Under the pieces are notes generated by a model that was given only the letters and a program-made list of their open reading frames with translations, searched no databases and was not told where the DNA came from. Positions 1-11,182 of a stretch of DNA of 33,091 nucleotides are shown in pieces. Numbering within the stretch: the stretch's first letter is position 1; every line of letters begins with the position of its first letter. The DNA lies in contig BQXS01010833.1 of the NCBI GenBank assembly GCA_024181965.1, positions 1-33,091 on the forward strand, given 5' to 3'. The DNA comes from Aduncisulcus paluster. Its lineage: Eukaryota. Both the position numbers and the translations under genes were made by a program.

Positions 1-1
1 G

Positions 2-616
2 AAAATTGAATTCCGTGAACAAGTCATTAATGTTACGAACATGAACTTCTCATACTTTGATGATGGAGCCACTTATGATGAGGAGGAATTGAGTAGTCTG
101 ATGGGTGGTCAGCTTGATTTGGAATGGGAGTTGTCTGACACTTGTACTGACTGTATCGCTAATGTGTATTTGGTACCTGTGCAGAAAAAACTGTTTGATC
201 TCGTTTGGTCAGAGGAATCATTCGACAATTATCTTGATGATGAACCAGAATCCATCCTCGTCCGTTCCAGTTATGATATTAACAACCTTATCTTGACAAT
301 TAATTTACCTGATAAGTTCGCTCTCTTGGAGTATTCATGGAAAGTAATGTTTATTCCAGCCGAAAGTGATCCAATTCACCCTAATTCTTCTCTCACAGCT
401 ACCGATGATACTTCATCTGATCAGTTCACAGATACAGCAATGGGACCTTCATATTTCGAAGTTCTGCCCTCATATGGGTCAAGTATGTCTACACAATGGA
501 TGTACGGAGGGGATGATGAACCAAATGACGATGGAAACACCGTTCTTCTCGTTCTTCTTGTTGGGTTTGGAGTCTTGGCCCTGCTCGCTATCGGATTGAT
601 CATCATCTTGGTGTAG
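2..616 (+). CDS. 5'-truncated hypothetical acidic protein ending in a hydrophobic segment (tail anchor or GPI signal)
   Basis: Frame is open from base 2 (KIEFREQVINVTNM...) so the start is probably outside the window; ends VLLVLLVGFGVLALLAIGLIIILV*; followed by AT-rich DNA. Confidence 0.75.
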   Translation, partial: KIEFREQVINVTNMNFSYFDDGATYDEEELSSLMGGQLDLEWELSDTCTDCIANVYLVPVQKKLFDLVWSEESFDNYLDDEPESILVRSSYDINNLILTINLPDKFALLEYSWKVMFIPAESDPIHPNSSLTATDDTSSDQFTDTAMGPSYFEVLPSYGSSMSTQWMYGGDDEPNDDGNTVLLVLLVGFGVLALLAIGLIIILV

Positions 617-896
617 AAACTGACTCACATTTAAGTTTAAGATTTTATTTCTTTGACTTGCATTGAATCTTAAAATAATCTATCGAAATTGCAACTTGGG
701 ATATTAATCATTATTCGGAAATATAGTCTATTTACAGTGTCGTTTACTTCTCACCATTCTATTTTTAGAATATCACCCACATTTTTTTTTATAAATTTGA
801 AGTTTTCCTTCATATTTTTTTAATTTACTCAACAAAAATGTAAGTTGGATACTATCCATAAGCATAGCGATTCGGTTCGTTTTTCTATTAAATTAC

Positions 897-2321
897 TTAA
901 GGAGCCAATCTAGTTGGAGTTCTACAGAAGAAACTGGTCATCTGACAGTTAGGCAAGTCGAGGAAGAGCATGACAACTCTTTCAAGACCAATTCCAGCTC
1001 CACCATGGGGAGGACAACCGTAAGCAAAGTTGTCAAAGTATGCCCCAAGACTCTCGGGAGTGACTCCCTTTTTGAGAGCACATTCGGCCAACAACTTCTG
1101 AACGTGGATTCTCTGAGCACCACTGGTAATCTCTTGTCCTCTCATGAAAATATCGTAACTGTTGGAATATTTGGGGTTTTCAGGGTCAGGCATGGTATAG
1201 AAGGGACGAACAGCCATGGGGAACTTGTCAAGCATGTAAAAGTCAGTCCCGAATTTCTCCTTAACGAGTCTTCCGAGAGCCTTCTCTTGTTCAGCGGCAA
1301 GATCTTCCTCATCAGCTTGTTCATATCCAGCCTCTCTGAGCATCTTTACACCTTCAGGGAAAGAGATTATGACGGGCTTTTCAGTAAAGACAAAGGGTTC
1401 AAATGGATATTGCTCATCAACAGCCTTTAATTCCTTAGCAAACACAGTGTTGAGTCCCTTGAAGATATGAAGGAAAAGGTTGTGGTACAAGGTCAAAATT
1501 TCATGGTAATCCTCTTCAATTTCCATCTCAAAATCGAGTCCAGTAAATTCACACAAATGTCTGTGAGTATGACTGTGTTCAGCTCTAAAGACTGGCCCGA
1601 TCTCAAAAACACGTTTCATATCGGCACAAATGGCAGCTTGTTTGTACAATTGGGGGGATTGGGCAAGACAGGCCTCAGATCCAAAGTAGTCTAACTTGAA
1701 CACATCACAACCACCTTCAGAGGCACCTCCAATAATCTTGGGAGAGTGGATTTCGGTAAAACCTTCACCAATAAGATATTCGCGGAAGAATCTACAAACT
1801 CCACTTTGGATACGGAAGATAGCCTGGTTAGCAGGGGTACGGAGGTCGATAACACGGTTGTCAAGACGAGTGGGCTTGGTAACAACAACAACAGTGGCTT
1901 CATCCTTTCCCTTCTTTTTAGCTTGTTCGATGAGTCTCTCGATTTCTTTGTCAGAACGAGAAGCATCTTCAACAAGAAGAGGAAGCTGTGGAGTAGCAGG
2001 GGAGAGTACCTTAACTTCACGAATGGCAATCTCAACATCCTTCACACTGCAAGTTAAAACAGGACGGGGGGTCTTATTGACAACACCAATGAGTTCAATC
2101 ACAGTTTCCAAAGTGAGACCTTTCAATTGTTGCAAAACCTCCTTACTAATGGAATCATCGGGATCCTTGGCAAAAATACAAGCTTGGAGAGTTTCCATAC
2201 CTTTTCTGAGAACAATAAATCCAGCTTTACCTTTCACTCTTACACGGTGAACACGACCCCTAATAAGAACGGTCTCTCCGACATTCTCGGCGAGAAGAGA
2301 TAATTCTTCGACACGACTCAT
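897..2321 (-). CDS. DARS1: Cytosolic aspartyl-tRNA synthetase (class IIb), 474 aa
   Basis: OB-fold anticodon domain (IRGRVHRVR), RLDNRVIDLRT, LAQSPQLYKQ, motif 2 FRAE...RHLCEF, motif 3 GGAGIGLERV. First ATG at 2321 (MSRVEEL); the ORF track's upstream extension is T-rich UTR-like sequence. Confidence 0.96.
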   Translation of the reverse strand: MSRVEELSLLAENVGETVLIRGRVHRVRVKGKAGFIVLRKGMETLQACIFAKDPDDSISKEVLQQLKGLTLETVIELIGVVNKTPRPVLTCSVKDVEIAIREVKVLSPATPQLPLLVEDASRSDKEIERLIEQAKKKGKDEATVVVVTKPTRLDNRVIDLRTPANQAIFRIQSGVCRFFREYLIGEGFTEIHSPKIIGGASEGGCDVFKLDYFGSEACLAQSPQLYKQAAICADMKRVFEIGPVFRAEHSHTHRHLCEFTGLDFEMEIEEDYHEILTLYHNLFLHIFKGLNTVFAKELKAVDEQYPFEPFVFTEKPVIISFPEGVKMLREAGYEQADEEDLAAEQEKALGRLVKEKFGTDFYMLDKFPMAVRPFYTMPDPENPKYSNSYDIFMRGQEITSGAQRIHVQKLLAECALKKGVTPESLGAYFDNFAYGCPPHGGAGIGLERVVMLFLDLPNCQMTSFFCRTPTRLAP

Positions 2322-2827
2322 TCTTTCGAGAAAAAAAACGATTACAAAAAAAAAAAAAGATTGATTCCAACTATTCAAAATTACTCATGTTCCATTTGGT
2401 AAGATTTTTTTTTAATACTCGTAATTATTAATTTTATTTGACTTTTTTTAGCTCTGTATATTCAATATACAGCAGAATAATTTAATTCTCATGATGATGA
2501 ATACACGATGCTTAAAATAACATTTTCACAGGGTATAACCACTTAATAAACTGTTGAGTCTACAGGGACACTTCATTTTTGTTGATATAGCGACGACAAG
2601 CTTCAAAATTTTAGCAGCAGTGAAAAGTACTAATTCTAATGGGTGTTTGTGAATGTAAATGGCAATCTATTAATGAGTGGTTCTAACGGGCATCCATACT
2701 GGTAAAAATTCGATATGGCACGCTTATTTTGGCAAAAGTGCAATGAACTTTTTTTTTTCTCGATTGTGAAGGCTTGGAATATTTTTTTTTATTCTACAAT
2801 TTATATTTGCAAAATATTACAGCTAAT

Positions 2828-3703
2828 ATGTTAAAATCTTACATTAGAGAGAAAGATTCTTTGTTTAATTCCCGTATTGTATTCATTTCGAAGCTTTGTG
2901 CCGATACTGATGAGAAAAAACTAAAATCTGGTCTCAAAGCTATTAACTCCCTTCTTAAGAATGGCGATGAAAAACAAGCCAAAATGGTTCCTGCCATTCT
3001 TTCAATTATTACTGGATCCTACTCTATTTCAATGCTTGAGGGAGAATATTCCAATATCATTCAATACTTAACTTTATTGCAAGCTCTTATTAATATAAAT
3101 AAGGATGAATTTAAAGAAGAGGATCAAGATGCGCCTCCCACAGCAGGAGAATCTTTCGACATGGCTATGGATGGTACATTTAACTTAGATTTATCTCAAA
3201 CAACTATGTTGGCATCAATGCTCACACTTCCCTTGTCAGAAATCGCCACTACATCTCTTTCGAACATCCCCTTTCGAAAAGTCGCTGTCATTGTGATTCA
3301 AACACCTGCTAAATTATTATTGCCATCAGAATCAATAATGTGCGGTGCCGTTCCGAGTTATGCCCGTAGTGTTGGAGAAGTTTCTCTTCCGCCACACATT
3401 ATTGGCGCAAAGTTATCTGTCATTATGGCGGAAATAGCTGAGAGATCAAAAAGACAAAAAATTGACGCTGCAGGAGTGTTGGCGAGTTTTGGACATTTGC
3501 AACCATCTAAGGAAGAAGTTGAAAAATTATTACGCTGTGCATATGGGGATAGTTCTGATGAAACAACTGAAGAAGAACTCAAAGAGGATGAAATTGGTTC
3601 TGTTTTCCCGTTGGATGAACTCTTGGAATTTACTCATCCTTCTTCTGGGAGCTCGATGCTGCTTGATGAAGAATCTGTATATCCTCTTGTCCCAGCTCTA
3701 TAA
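2828..3703 (+). CDS. Hypothetical protein, 291 aa
   Basis: Long ORF with coding-like composition between AT-rich spacers; first ATG at 2828; no motif recognised. Confidence 0.75.
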   Translation: MLKSYIREKDSLFNSRIVFISKLCADTDEKKLKSGLKAINSLLKNGDEKQAKMVPAILSIITGSYSISMLEGEYSNIIQYLTLLQALININKDEFKEEDQDAPPTAGESFDMAMDGTFNLDLSQTTMLASMLTLPLSEIATTSLSNIPFRKVAVIVIQTPAKLLLPSESIMCGAVPSYARSVGEVSLPPHIIGAKLSVIMAEIAERSKRQKIDAAGVLASFGHLQPSKEEVEKLLRCAYGDSSDETTEEELKEDEIGSVFPLDELLEFTHPSSGSSMLLDEESVYPLVPAL

Positions 3704-3870
3704 TTACCATCTCTCTTGATGTCTAAAAATAGTAAGTATTTCAACGAGAAAATAGCAATAAATATAATCATTATCTTTTGTTTTACTGATAATATTCCGA
3801 TATTGCAGGATTTATCGGATAAATACACGTTCCAGCTGAATTTGATAGAAACCTCGTTTTGATCGAGCAT

Positions 3871-6333
3871 ATGAAGTATACTTCACTTCCAAATGTTGAA
3901 TGTGATGATTTATTTAAAGATAAAAGGTTTGTGCTAACAGGAGAACTTGAATTACTCTCCAGATCCGAAGGCAAATCATATCTCATGGCTCTTGGTGCAA
4001 GGGTGACAACTGGTGTCAGCGGAAAGACTAATTTTCTTATAACTGGTACAGAACCGGGTCCCAAAAAAATAGAAAAGGCGAAATCTTTGGATTGTCAAAT
4101 ATTATCAGAAGAAGAACTTTATGACTATATTATTAAATTATCAAAGGCTAAAGGAATATGGGATGGGGATGAAACAGAAATTACAGCAACTGTAGATGAT
4201 GCTTCTGCGGAGGAACCAGCGACGTTTGGTGGATTCCGAATGGAAACTACTATCCACCGAGTTTCTTCAAGAACCACTGATGTCATGCCAAAATTACAAC
4301 CTAGTGCTCCAAAAATTGAACAAAAACCCGAAGAGAAACCCAAACGCTCCACTAAAAAAGCTGCAAAAAAAGAATCTGAAGATAAATTGTTAAGTTCTGC
4401 ACATAAAACCTCGACTGGCCCACCATTGAGTGAAAGGATGAGACCCATTGACTCGGCTGATCTTATTGGAAACAATACGGCCATTATCATTCTTCAGACA
4501 TTTTTGTCCCATTGGTATGATGTTTTTCACCGGGGAGCAGATCCCAATGAAGTATGTGCCGGTGTGAAGATGGGAACGACAATGACTCCTGAGCAACTGT
4601 TTGCCCACAGAGCGATCCTTCTCTCCGGTGTTCCTGGGATTGGTAAAACAACTGCTGCCCATGTGTGTGCTAAAGAAGCTGGATTAAGGCCTCTTGAGTT
4701 CAATGCCAGTGATGTGCGTTCTGAGAAAATGATTAGGACAAAAATAGGTTTCGCCGCAAACAATGATACCATCACGGAGCATTTTGGAATCGTCAAACGA
4801 GGTGAACAACCCCCATCTTTCCCAGATGAAGAGGAAGATGAAGAAGATGGAGATGAAGAGTTCGAAGAAGAAGAAGAGTCAGAGGAAGAGTGGATTGATG
4901 TTGATGATGAAGAGTTTGAATTAGAAGAGGACGATTCATATATCCACTCTTCCTCTGGGAAACGGAGATCTTCTAGAATTAAAAGCGATAAGAAATCTCA
5001 GAAGAAACACTCGAGTGGAAAAAAGACAACAAACAAGAAGAACAAACCAAAGAGGAAACCAACAAAAGGTCAGTCTAAGACTGTCAAGCCAGTATCTGTA
5101 ACCTCTGATGATGATACCCCACGTTCTTTGTTCAATCCCTTGTCATTCTCCACCTTTGGAGCCCCTGTAATCATTTTTGACGAAGTTGATGGTCTTTCTG
5201 GTGGTGATCGTGGTGGTGCTGGTGCTATCGGCAAGATGATCGATGAAACAAATGTTCCAATTATTCTCATATGCAATGATAAGTATAACGACAAGGTAAA
5301 GACATTGCTTCGAAGGGCAGTGGATATTGTCTTTAGAAAACCAACAGCAGCAGCGGCAAAGAAAAGAATCACTCAAATTGCTGAATCCCAAGGACTTGAG
5401 TTCGGCCCTGGGGTTGTTGAGAGTTTGATTGAAGGCACTGGACATGATATTAGACAAATATTGAACACAATCGAAGTGTGGGCTCTTGACGTTCCTGAAG
5501 GAAGCACCAAGAAAATCGGCACGGGAGATGCCCGGAAAGCACTTGAGATTGCCGGAAAATCGATAAATGTCAATAGTTTCGAGATTGTTCCTCGTGCATT
5601 TGCACATGGAACTGCCAAAAAACCTTATTATGAACGGGCTTCTGAATATTTTGAAGATGACATTCGTGGTGATTTCATGTTTGAGAACTATCCTAAAGTG
5701 TTCCCTTCTGCTCCAACAAAAGAAACTGAATGTTTCCGTCGATATTTGGCAGCTGACAGTTTCTCAAGGGCCAATGTCTTCCAACAACTCATTTATTCTG
5801 AACAGGCTTGGTCTCTCATGCCAAGTGTTGCTCTGTGTTCATATGTTCTTCCGGCATTCTACATGAGGGGTGCCATGCGGTCTCGTGTTGATTTCCCAGC
5901 AATTCTTGGTAAGACGAGTAAGGAAGGTGCTTCGTTCAGGAAGCTTCGTTCCGTAGTGATGGCGCCTTTGTACACTTCTCTTCATTCACAAGATGCAAAA
6001 GATTTTGTGTGCGACAATGCTTCACAAATTACAACATCGGTATTACATGACGCTGCTTCTATTTTGGATATTTCGAACAAGAAAGAACGGTCGGAGAAGA
6101 TTAAAGGATATGCCAAGAAACTTGTTGCTTCTGGAATGGACAAAGAAATGCTTGATGAGATGGTTGAGATGAATTGCACATTCTCAAGACTTCAACGGCC
6201 AAAAGGTCAGAAAAAGTCAAGCTTTGCCACTGTTTTGACAAGTGGACAGAAGAGAATGTTGACTTCAGCTCTTAATTCAGCATCAAAGGCCTTCGAAGAA
6301 GTGAAATCCAAAGGAAGGAAATCCAGAAAATAA
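3871..6333 (+). CDS. RFC1: Replication factor C large subunit (BRCT + AAA+ + RFC1 C-terminal domain)
   Basis: BRCT (FVLTGEL...GARVTTGVSGKTNFLITG..PGPKKIEKAK), Walker A GVPGIGKTT, EFNASDVRS, Walker B IIFDEVDG, PIILICND, DIRQILN, QAWSLMP and FPAILGKTS. First in-frame ATG is 3871; a short upstream exon (3719-3731) is possible. Confidence 0.95.
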   Translation: MKYTSLPNVECDDLFKDKRFVLTGELELLSRSEGKSYLMALGARVTTGVSGKTNFLITGTEPGPKKIEKAKSLDCQILSEEELYDYIIKLSKAKGIWDGDETEITATVDDASAEEPATFGGFRMETTIHRVSSRTTDVMPKLQPSAPKIEQKPEEKPKRSTKKAAKKESEDKLLSSAHKTSTGPPLSERMRPIDSADLIGNNTAIIILQTFLSHWYDVFHRGADPNEVCAGVKMGTTMTPEQLFAHRAILLSGVPGIGKTTAAHVCAKEAGLRPLEFNASDVRSEKMIRTKIGFAANNDTITEHFGIVKRGEQPPSFPDEEEDEEDGDEEFEEEEESEEEWIDVDDEEFELEEDDSYIHSSSGKRRSSRIKSDKKSQKKHSSGKKTTNKKNKPKRKPTKGQSKTVKPVSVTSDDDTPRSLFNPLSFSTFGAPVIIFDEVDGLSGGDRGGAGAIGKMIDETNVPIILICNDKYNDKVKTLLRRAVDIVFRKPTAAAAKKRITQIAESQGLEFGPGVVESLIEGTGHDIRQILNTIEVWALDVPEGSTKKIGTGDARKALEIAGKSINVNSFEIVPRAFAHGTAKKPYYERASEYFEDDIRGDFMFENYPKVFPSAPTKETECFRRYLAADSFSRANVFQQLIYSEQAWSLMPSVALCSYVLPAFYMRGAMRSRVDFPAILGKTSKEGASFRKLRSVVMAPLYTSLHSQDAKDFVCDNASQITTSVLHDAASILDISNKKERSEKIKGYAKKLVASGMDKEMLDEMVEMNCTFSRLQRPKGQKKSSFATVLTSGQKRMLTSALNSASKAFEEVKSKGRKSRK

Positions 6334-6440
6334 TGATTTATTTACAACGCTTCAATAATAAATTTCTGTTGTCTGGTCGAGAACATGGTTATTTGAAATA
6401 ACTTATTTCGAAATTCTTAAAATGGCCCATTATGGCATAT

Positions 6441-9400
6441 TTAGATAATATTTCCACAGCAAAATGTCCGTATCATGTCTTTGCACTGCTCTATTGATGA
6501 ACATTTTGAAGGATTCCACTTCAAAAATCTTTTCATTTGGAGAATTCTTTCCTTTTCCTTCTTCTCTTCTTCCTTACGAATATCGTCTTTGCCACAGGCC
6601 AATAAATGTTCAGCACGATCAACAACCATTGGACTCACCCCAGCACACACAGCACAAGAAGTGGCGAATGAACATGGTGAAATTCCAGGCTCGACGTGAT
6701 ATAAAAATGATATTTTAGGTGCTTTGGATGGAGCCTGTGAAGATTTAATTCTAGAATCAAATGAAATATCCATTCTTTTTCTCCCTTCTTCTTCCTCTTC
6801 CTCCTCTTCTCTTTGTATTTGGACGGACATTCTCATTCTTCTGATTCCTATCATTTCCCAGACATCAGGGGTCATTTCTCTGGACATTCTTGATCTAAAA
6901 ATAGATCCGTTCGATGACGACANNNNNNNNNNNNNNNNNNNNTATTTTAGGTGCTTTGGATGGAGCCTGTGAAGATTTAATTCTAGAATCAAATGAAATA
7001 TCCATTCTTTTTCTCCCTTCTTCTTCCTCTTCCTCCTCTTCTCTTTGTATTTGGACGGACATTCTCATTCTTCTGATTCCTATCATTTCCCAGACATCAG
7101 GGGTCATTTCTCTGGACATTCTTGATCTAAAAATAGATCCGTTCGATGACGACACTGATGTTGAATTCCATCTCATATCGTCCTTCCATGAACCAAACCC
7201 ACTCCCATCTATCCTGCTTTCGATGAGATCTGCACAAAGATCCTGGGCATGTTCTTGAAGCAAAGACATGGAATAGTGAGTAGTAATAAAAGAATAAACA
7301 CCACCATACGGAGAATCAGAACTCTGGCCAAGAGAGGAAGAGGAGGAAGAGGAGGAGTGATCATGAATCCCCATAAAACGTACAATCGAACTAAGAAGAC
7401 ACTCTCCATCAATTCCTTGTGTTGAAGTACCAAATTCATCAGCAAATACAAGTAAAGGATTGATTTGATTACCTATAGATGCATGATCAAAGGATGACCC
7501 GTCAAGAAGAGAAGAAGAAGAAGAGGAAGAAGAAGAGGGGGAGTGAATGACCCTCTCTTTCCGCTCTGATATTATTTGAAGGGCAGCACACATACGTGTC
7601 AATGCAGCTGTGAAAGAGGACTGGGCAGTATGTGTTGAAGGAGATAAGGAAGAGAGAGAAACGAATAGACGATCGGGTAGAGCATTGATATATCCTTGGG
7701 ATGACAACATTGGGGAAAAATTCAAGGAACTGCCGTCCCCTGTTTCCAAACCCAAGGTTACACAGCCTCGCCCAGGAAGACCTATTCCTATTCCACACAG
7801 GGCGATATTGAGCACAGCGCTTGTGCATAACTGTGTTTTCCCACTCATGTTTGGCCCAGATAGCATAAATATCGGTCTAGATGCACCAATATTGATAGAA
7901 GAAGGAGAATATGGCGTGTGAATGAGAGATGCAATCGGATGAATGATATTATTGAGATCCAGAGAAGGAGGACAAACATATGGGGATCTACCAATTAGAG
8001 AATCACCTTCTCTCACAGATCTACTTGAGTCTTTGTTTATCTTCACTTCACCAGCCCAACCATATTCCATGACAGCCACACAAAGTCCACAAATGGCATC
8101 CAACTGAATTACAGTCCGCCATACCTTTCGGATCAAGGAAATTCCAGACATAATGCTCGAAAATGTTGGAGCTCTACTACTTTTATCTATTTCTGAATGG
8201 GATAACGATTCTTTCGTTGTTTCGATAATACTTCGTTGAAGCTCTTTAACAGCCGCCACGACACTTCCATCGCAACACTGTGCGCGTGATTGGTCTGATG
8301 TCTCAGTGGTATCAAAACAATTCGACATATGCATGGGATCAGACATAGCTTCAGGCAACATTCCAGATTTATCAACCCATGGGGTATCAATATCATTATT
8401 ATGTCCAAGGGGTGATTTGAACTCACAACCTTCATCGACGTGGCAATGATCTCGCCCATGAATTGGAAGCATACCGTCCTTCACAACTCGTTGTACTTCT
8501 CTTTTGACCTCATCTTCGACATCTCCCATTCTTCTTTCAACATCCCCAAGCTGTTCATCCATCTCCGCCATTCTCGAACTCTTAAGGAAAGCATGAGACT
8601 TTGTACAGAAATGGAGCGAAAGACAAGCTCTCAGGGCTGAAATAGAGTGGATAAGGGGTACCAAGAGAGGAATAATCGATGATGGGGGCGCAGGAAGTTG
8701 CTCTGTATTATAAGCAGTATGAGTTTGAACTCTGCTATGTGAGGTTCTTGCAACTTTCTTCATCTCTCCATACCACAGATCACGGTACCATTTGGTCCCG
8801 TCGACACGAGAGATATCCATAGTTCCTCCGTCGTAACGATTGAAAAGCTTTTGCAAAGGATGCTCTTCTTCTTCTTCTTCTTCCTCTTCTTCCTTATGAA
8901 TTTCATTTTTACCATGTTTCTTGAGTGAGTGCCTCTTTTTCTCATGCAAAACTCCTTTTCTCTGCTCTTCTCTCGTGTCAAAATGAACGCAAACACAATA
9001 TCCAACCTGAGGGATGTACACAACAGACAGAGATCTAATCGAAGGTGGCAGCAAATGGTCCAGCATTTGAGGTAGTATCTGTGGAAAAGAATAGCGAGTG
9101 CTGGTGATAGGGGCTGTTTTAAGACCCATGATGGATGTTAAACTCTCTGATTCAATGCGAATGATCTCATTTCTCCATTGAATCACTTCTCTCCACTTCA
9201 TTGTGACTTCTCTGAGAACATGCTCTCCTTCTGTGGCCAGAAGAGTTGGAAGGGAGGTATGGAGCGAATGTAAGGAGTCGAGAAAAGGGAAGAAACCGGC
9301 TCGAATGGTCAAGATGGAGGCAGGAGTGCTCTGGGACGTGTCATTGGGAACAGTGGAAGTTCCTTTTTTATCCCTTTTAACCTGTGAGGACCCACTAACA

Positions 9401-10758
9401 TCGAATACGGCAGTAAGCAAAGATAAGAGGGGAAGGGCTTGGGGAAGCAATGACTTGAGTGAGGAAAATAGAGGAAAAGAGTCTGAATGTGGCAATAGAA
9501 GGGCAGTATTATGTTCGTCCTCTTTCGTGGAACCGGCAAAAGTTTTTTGTTTAGGTTTTCTCTTATTATCAAGTCCAAATCTTGCCGAACGCCCATCATC
9601 TATGTCTTGTACAAGGCGACAGCACCGACAAACTGAACCAAACATCATTATTAGCATTCTCCATTCTTTGTCTGTCAAAATATGGGTGCAAATGGAAGAA
9701 ATGAGAGAGTGCGAGGGAGAAAGCCCTTTAAGGGGACGAAGAGCTTGTCTCAAGGCAGATAATAGCGACGGGTGGTCCTTGAAATAGCACATTATGGCAT
9801 ATCTTGCACGAATAACGCCAATATCAAGGCTTGGACGACAGACCCAGAGCCTAATCAGATCACTACCGGCTTTTGTGATAGCCCTGTCAAGAATAGTGCA
9901 TAAAGACAGAGATTCTCTCGATGTTCCATGTGTTAATGAAGGATTGGGAACAACAGAAGAGGTTATTCCGAGCATTTGGGCACTTTTAGGATCAATGTGC
10001 ATGAAGGAAGGCACTGTCGTGATATGGATATGCATTGGAAGCCCATGTAAGACCTTATGATGAGATTTAGAAGAGTGTTTGGAGGCTAAAGGCGTTGAAA
10101 TAGGGGCATATTGATGTCGAGAAGGATGGCTTGAATGTGCAGAGGATGACCAATTATCATTGGGATTACCAACTCCATTAATTGCATTCGTTGATGCATC
10201 TCCTCGCAAAAATAGACAAAGTGCCCCTGCCGCACGGACTGCTACATCTGCACACAACTCTGTCAGGATGGCACGAGTACAAGTCAGAAGATGTTGCTGT
10301 TCGTTATCTTTTGAGAGCGTTTTCAAATCTAAAATGTCAAACATCTTGGAGGAATCCGTTGCAGAAGAGGGAGAATATGGAGTTAAACTTGATAAAGCGG
10401 GGAAGGCATTATCAAAATTAAATAATGATGAAGGAACCAATGTGATACAATCACCACCAAAAGCAAGCTTAATGAAATCAATAAGCTGGTGGGAAGCTGC
10501 TTTAGAGAGAATAAATTGTTCAGGATTGACCGGACGAAAAAATTGAACAATGGAAGACAAATCCATAATAAGATCAGGAATATCTGTTAAATGAATCACC
10601 CCATCACCGGGGGTATAATAAGCCAGACCAATCCTATTTGCATGGAAAAAAACAGAGGCAATGGCCTTATGACAAAACAAAATCAAGGTAAACAGGTAAG
10701 TAGTGAAGAAAATATTGTTGCAAATATTAAAAACTAGTAAAAAACCTACATCACTCAT
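6441..10758 (-). CDS. MSH5: MutS homolog, most similar to meiotic MSH5; about 1333 aa after removing an 84-nt intron and the 232-nt gap/duplication
   Basis: N-terminal IGLAYY...IHL; SLCTILDRAITKAGSDLIRLW..RP; VVYIPQVGY; Walker A SGPNMSGKT; QSSF; Walker B FADEFG.ST..IDG; TTHY; C-terminal FLYHVEPG...SFA...A..AG. ORFs 6895..10776 and 6441..6992 join once the duplicated segment around the N-run is collapsed. Confidence 0.87.
6711..7154. repeat. 212-nt exact direct repeat (6711-6922 = 6943-7154) flanking a 20-N gap (6923-6942); assembly overlap artefact
   Basis: Both copies run from TATTTTAGGTGC to TCGATGACGACA and abut the Ns; the 232-nt offset shifts the frame, and collapsing it restores the MSH5 ORF. 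Confidence 0.92.
10666..10749 (-). other. Spliceosomal intron (84 nt, phase 0) after codon 3 of MSH5
   Basis: ATG AGT GAT|GTAGGT...T-rich...CATAAG|GCC ATT GCC; removal gives MSD-AIASVFFHANRIGLAYY and eliminates an F/L/I-rich 28-codon stretch. It is in-frame and stop-free, so it is inferred from composition and splice sites. Confidence 0.75.
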
Positions 10759-11182
10759 AGATATGAATTCTGCCAAAATTGTTTAAGACTAAAATAGCTG
10801 GAATTGGGATTCAAGGATAATTCCACCAAACTAAACTCCACACAATTGGCGAAGAGTGTTAAATAAAATGGTCAAGTCACGGAATGCAAAATAAATATAA
10901 CATCACTTTCTTGAAAGTTGGATTAGGGCGAAATAAGGATGATTCAGAAGTTCCTGCCACTGGCAGAAAGTTGAAGTTCCGATTTGAAATCAGCCCAATA
11001 AAGACCCCCAAGTTTATTTTATTTTATTAAATAATTCAAAATAATATATTATTATCCTCCATTATACCGAGAACATAACATACTATGTTGCATCGGCTAG
11101 TAGCCTGCGACAAGAAATGATACAAGGAATTCTCTGACAAATAAATTTGATATAAATATTTTTATTGAACTATGCTTTACTA

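Noticed and set aside
2828-3703. Faint similarity to a Rad21/Rec8 kleisin N-terminus
   Set aside because: Only a few matching residues and no C-terminal winged-helix motif; needs an HMM search.
6711-7154. Tandem duplication within MSH5 as a biological event
   Set aside because: Copies are identical, abut a 20-N gap, and collapsing them restores the frame.
10944-11112. CTGCCA-C-TGGCAG palindrome and TGTTGCA/TGCGACA hairpin between MSH5 and EF-1alpha
   Set aside because: Short isolated elements with no recognisable RNA family motif.
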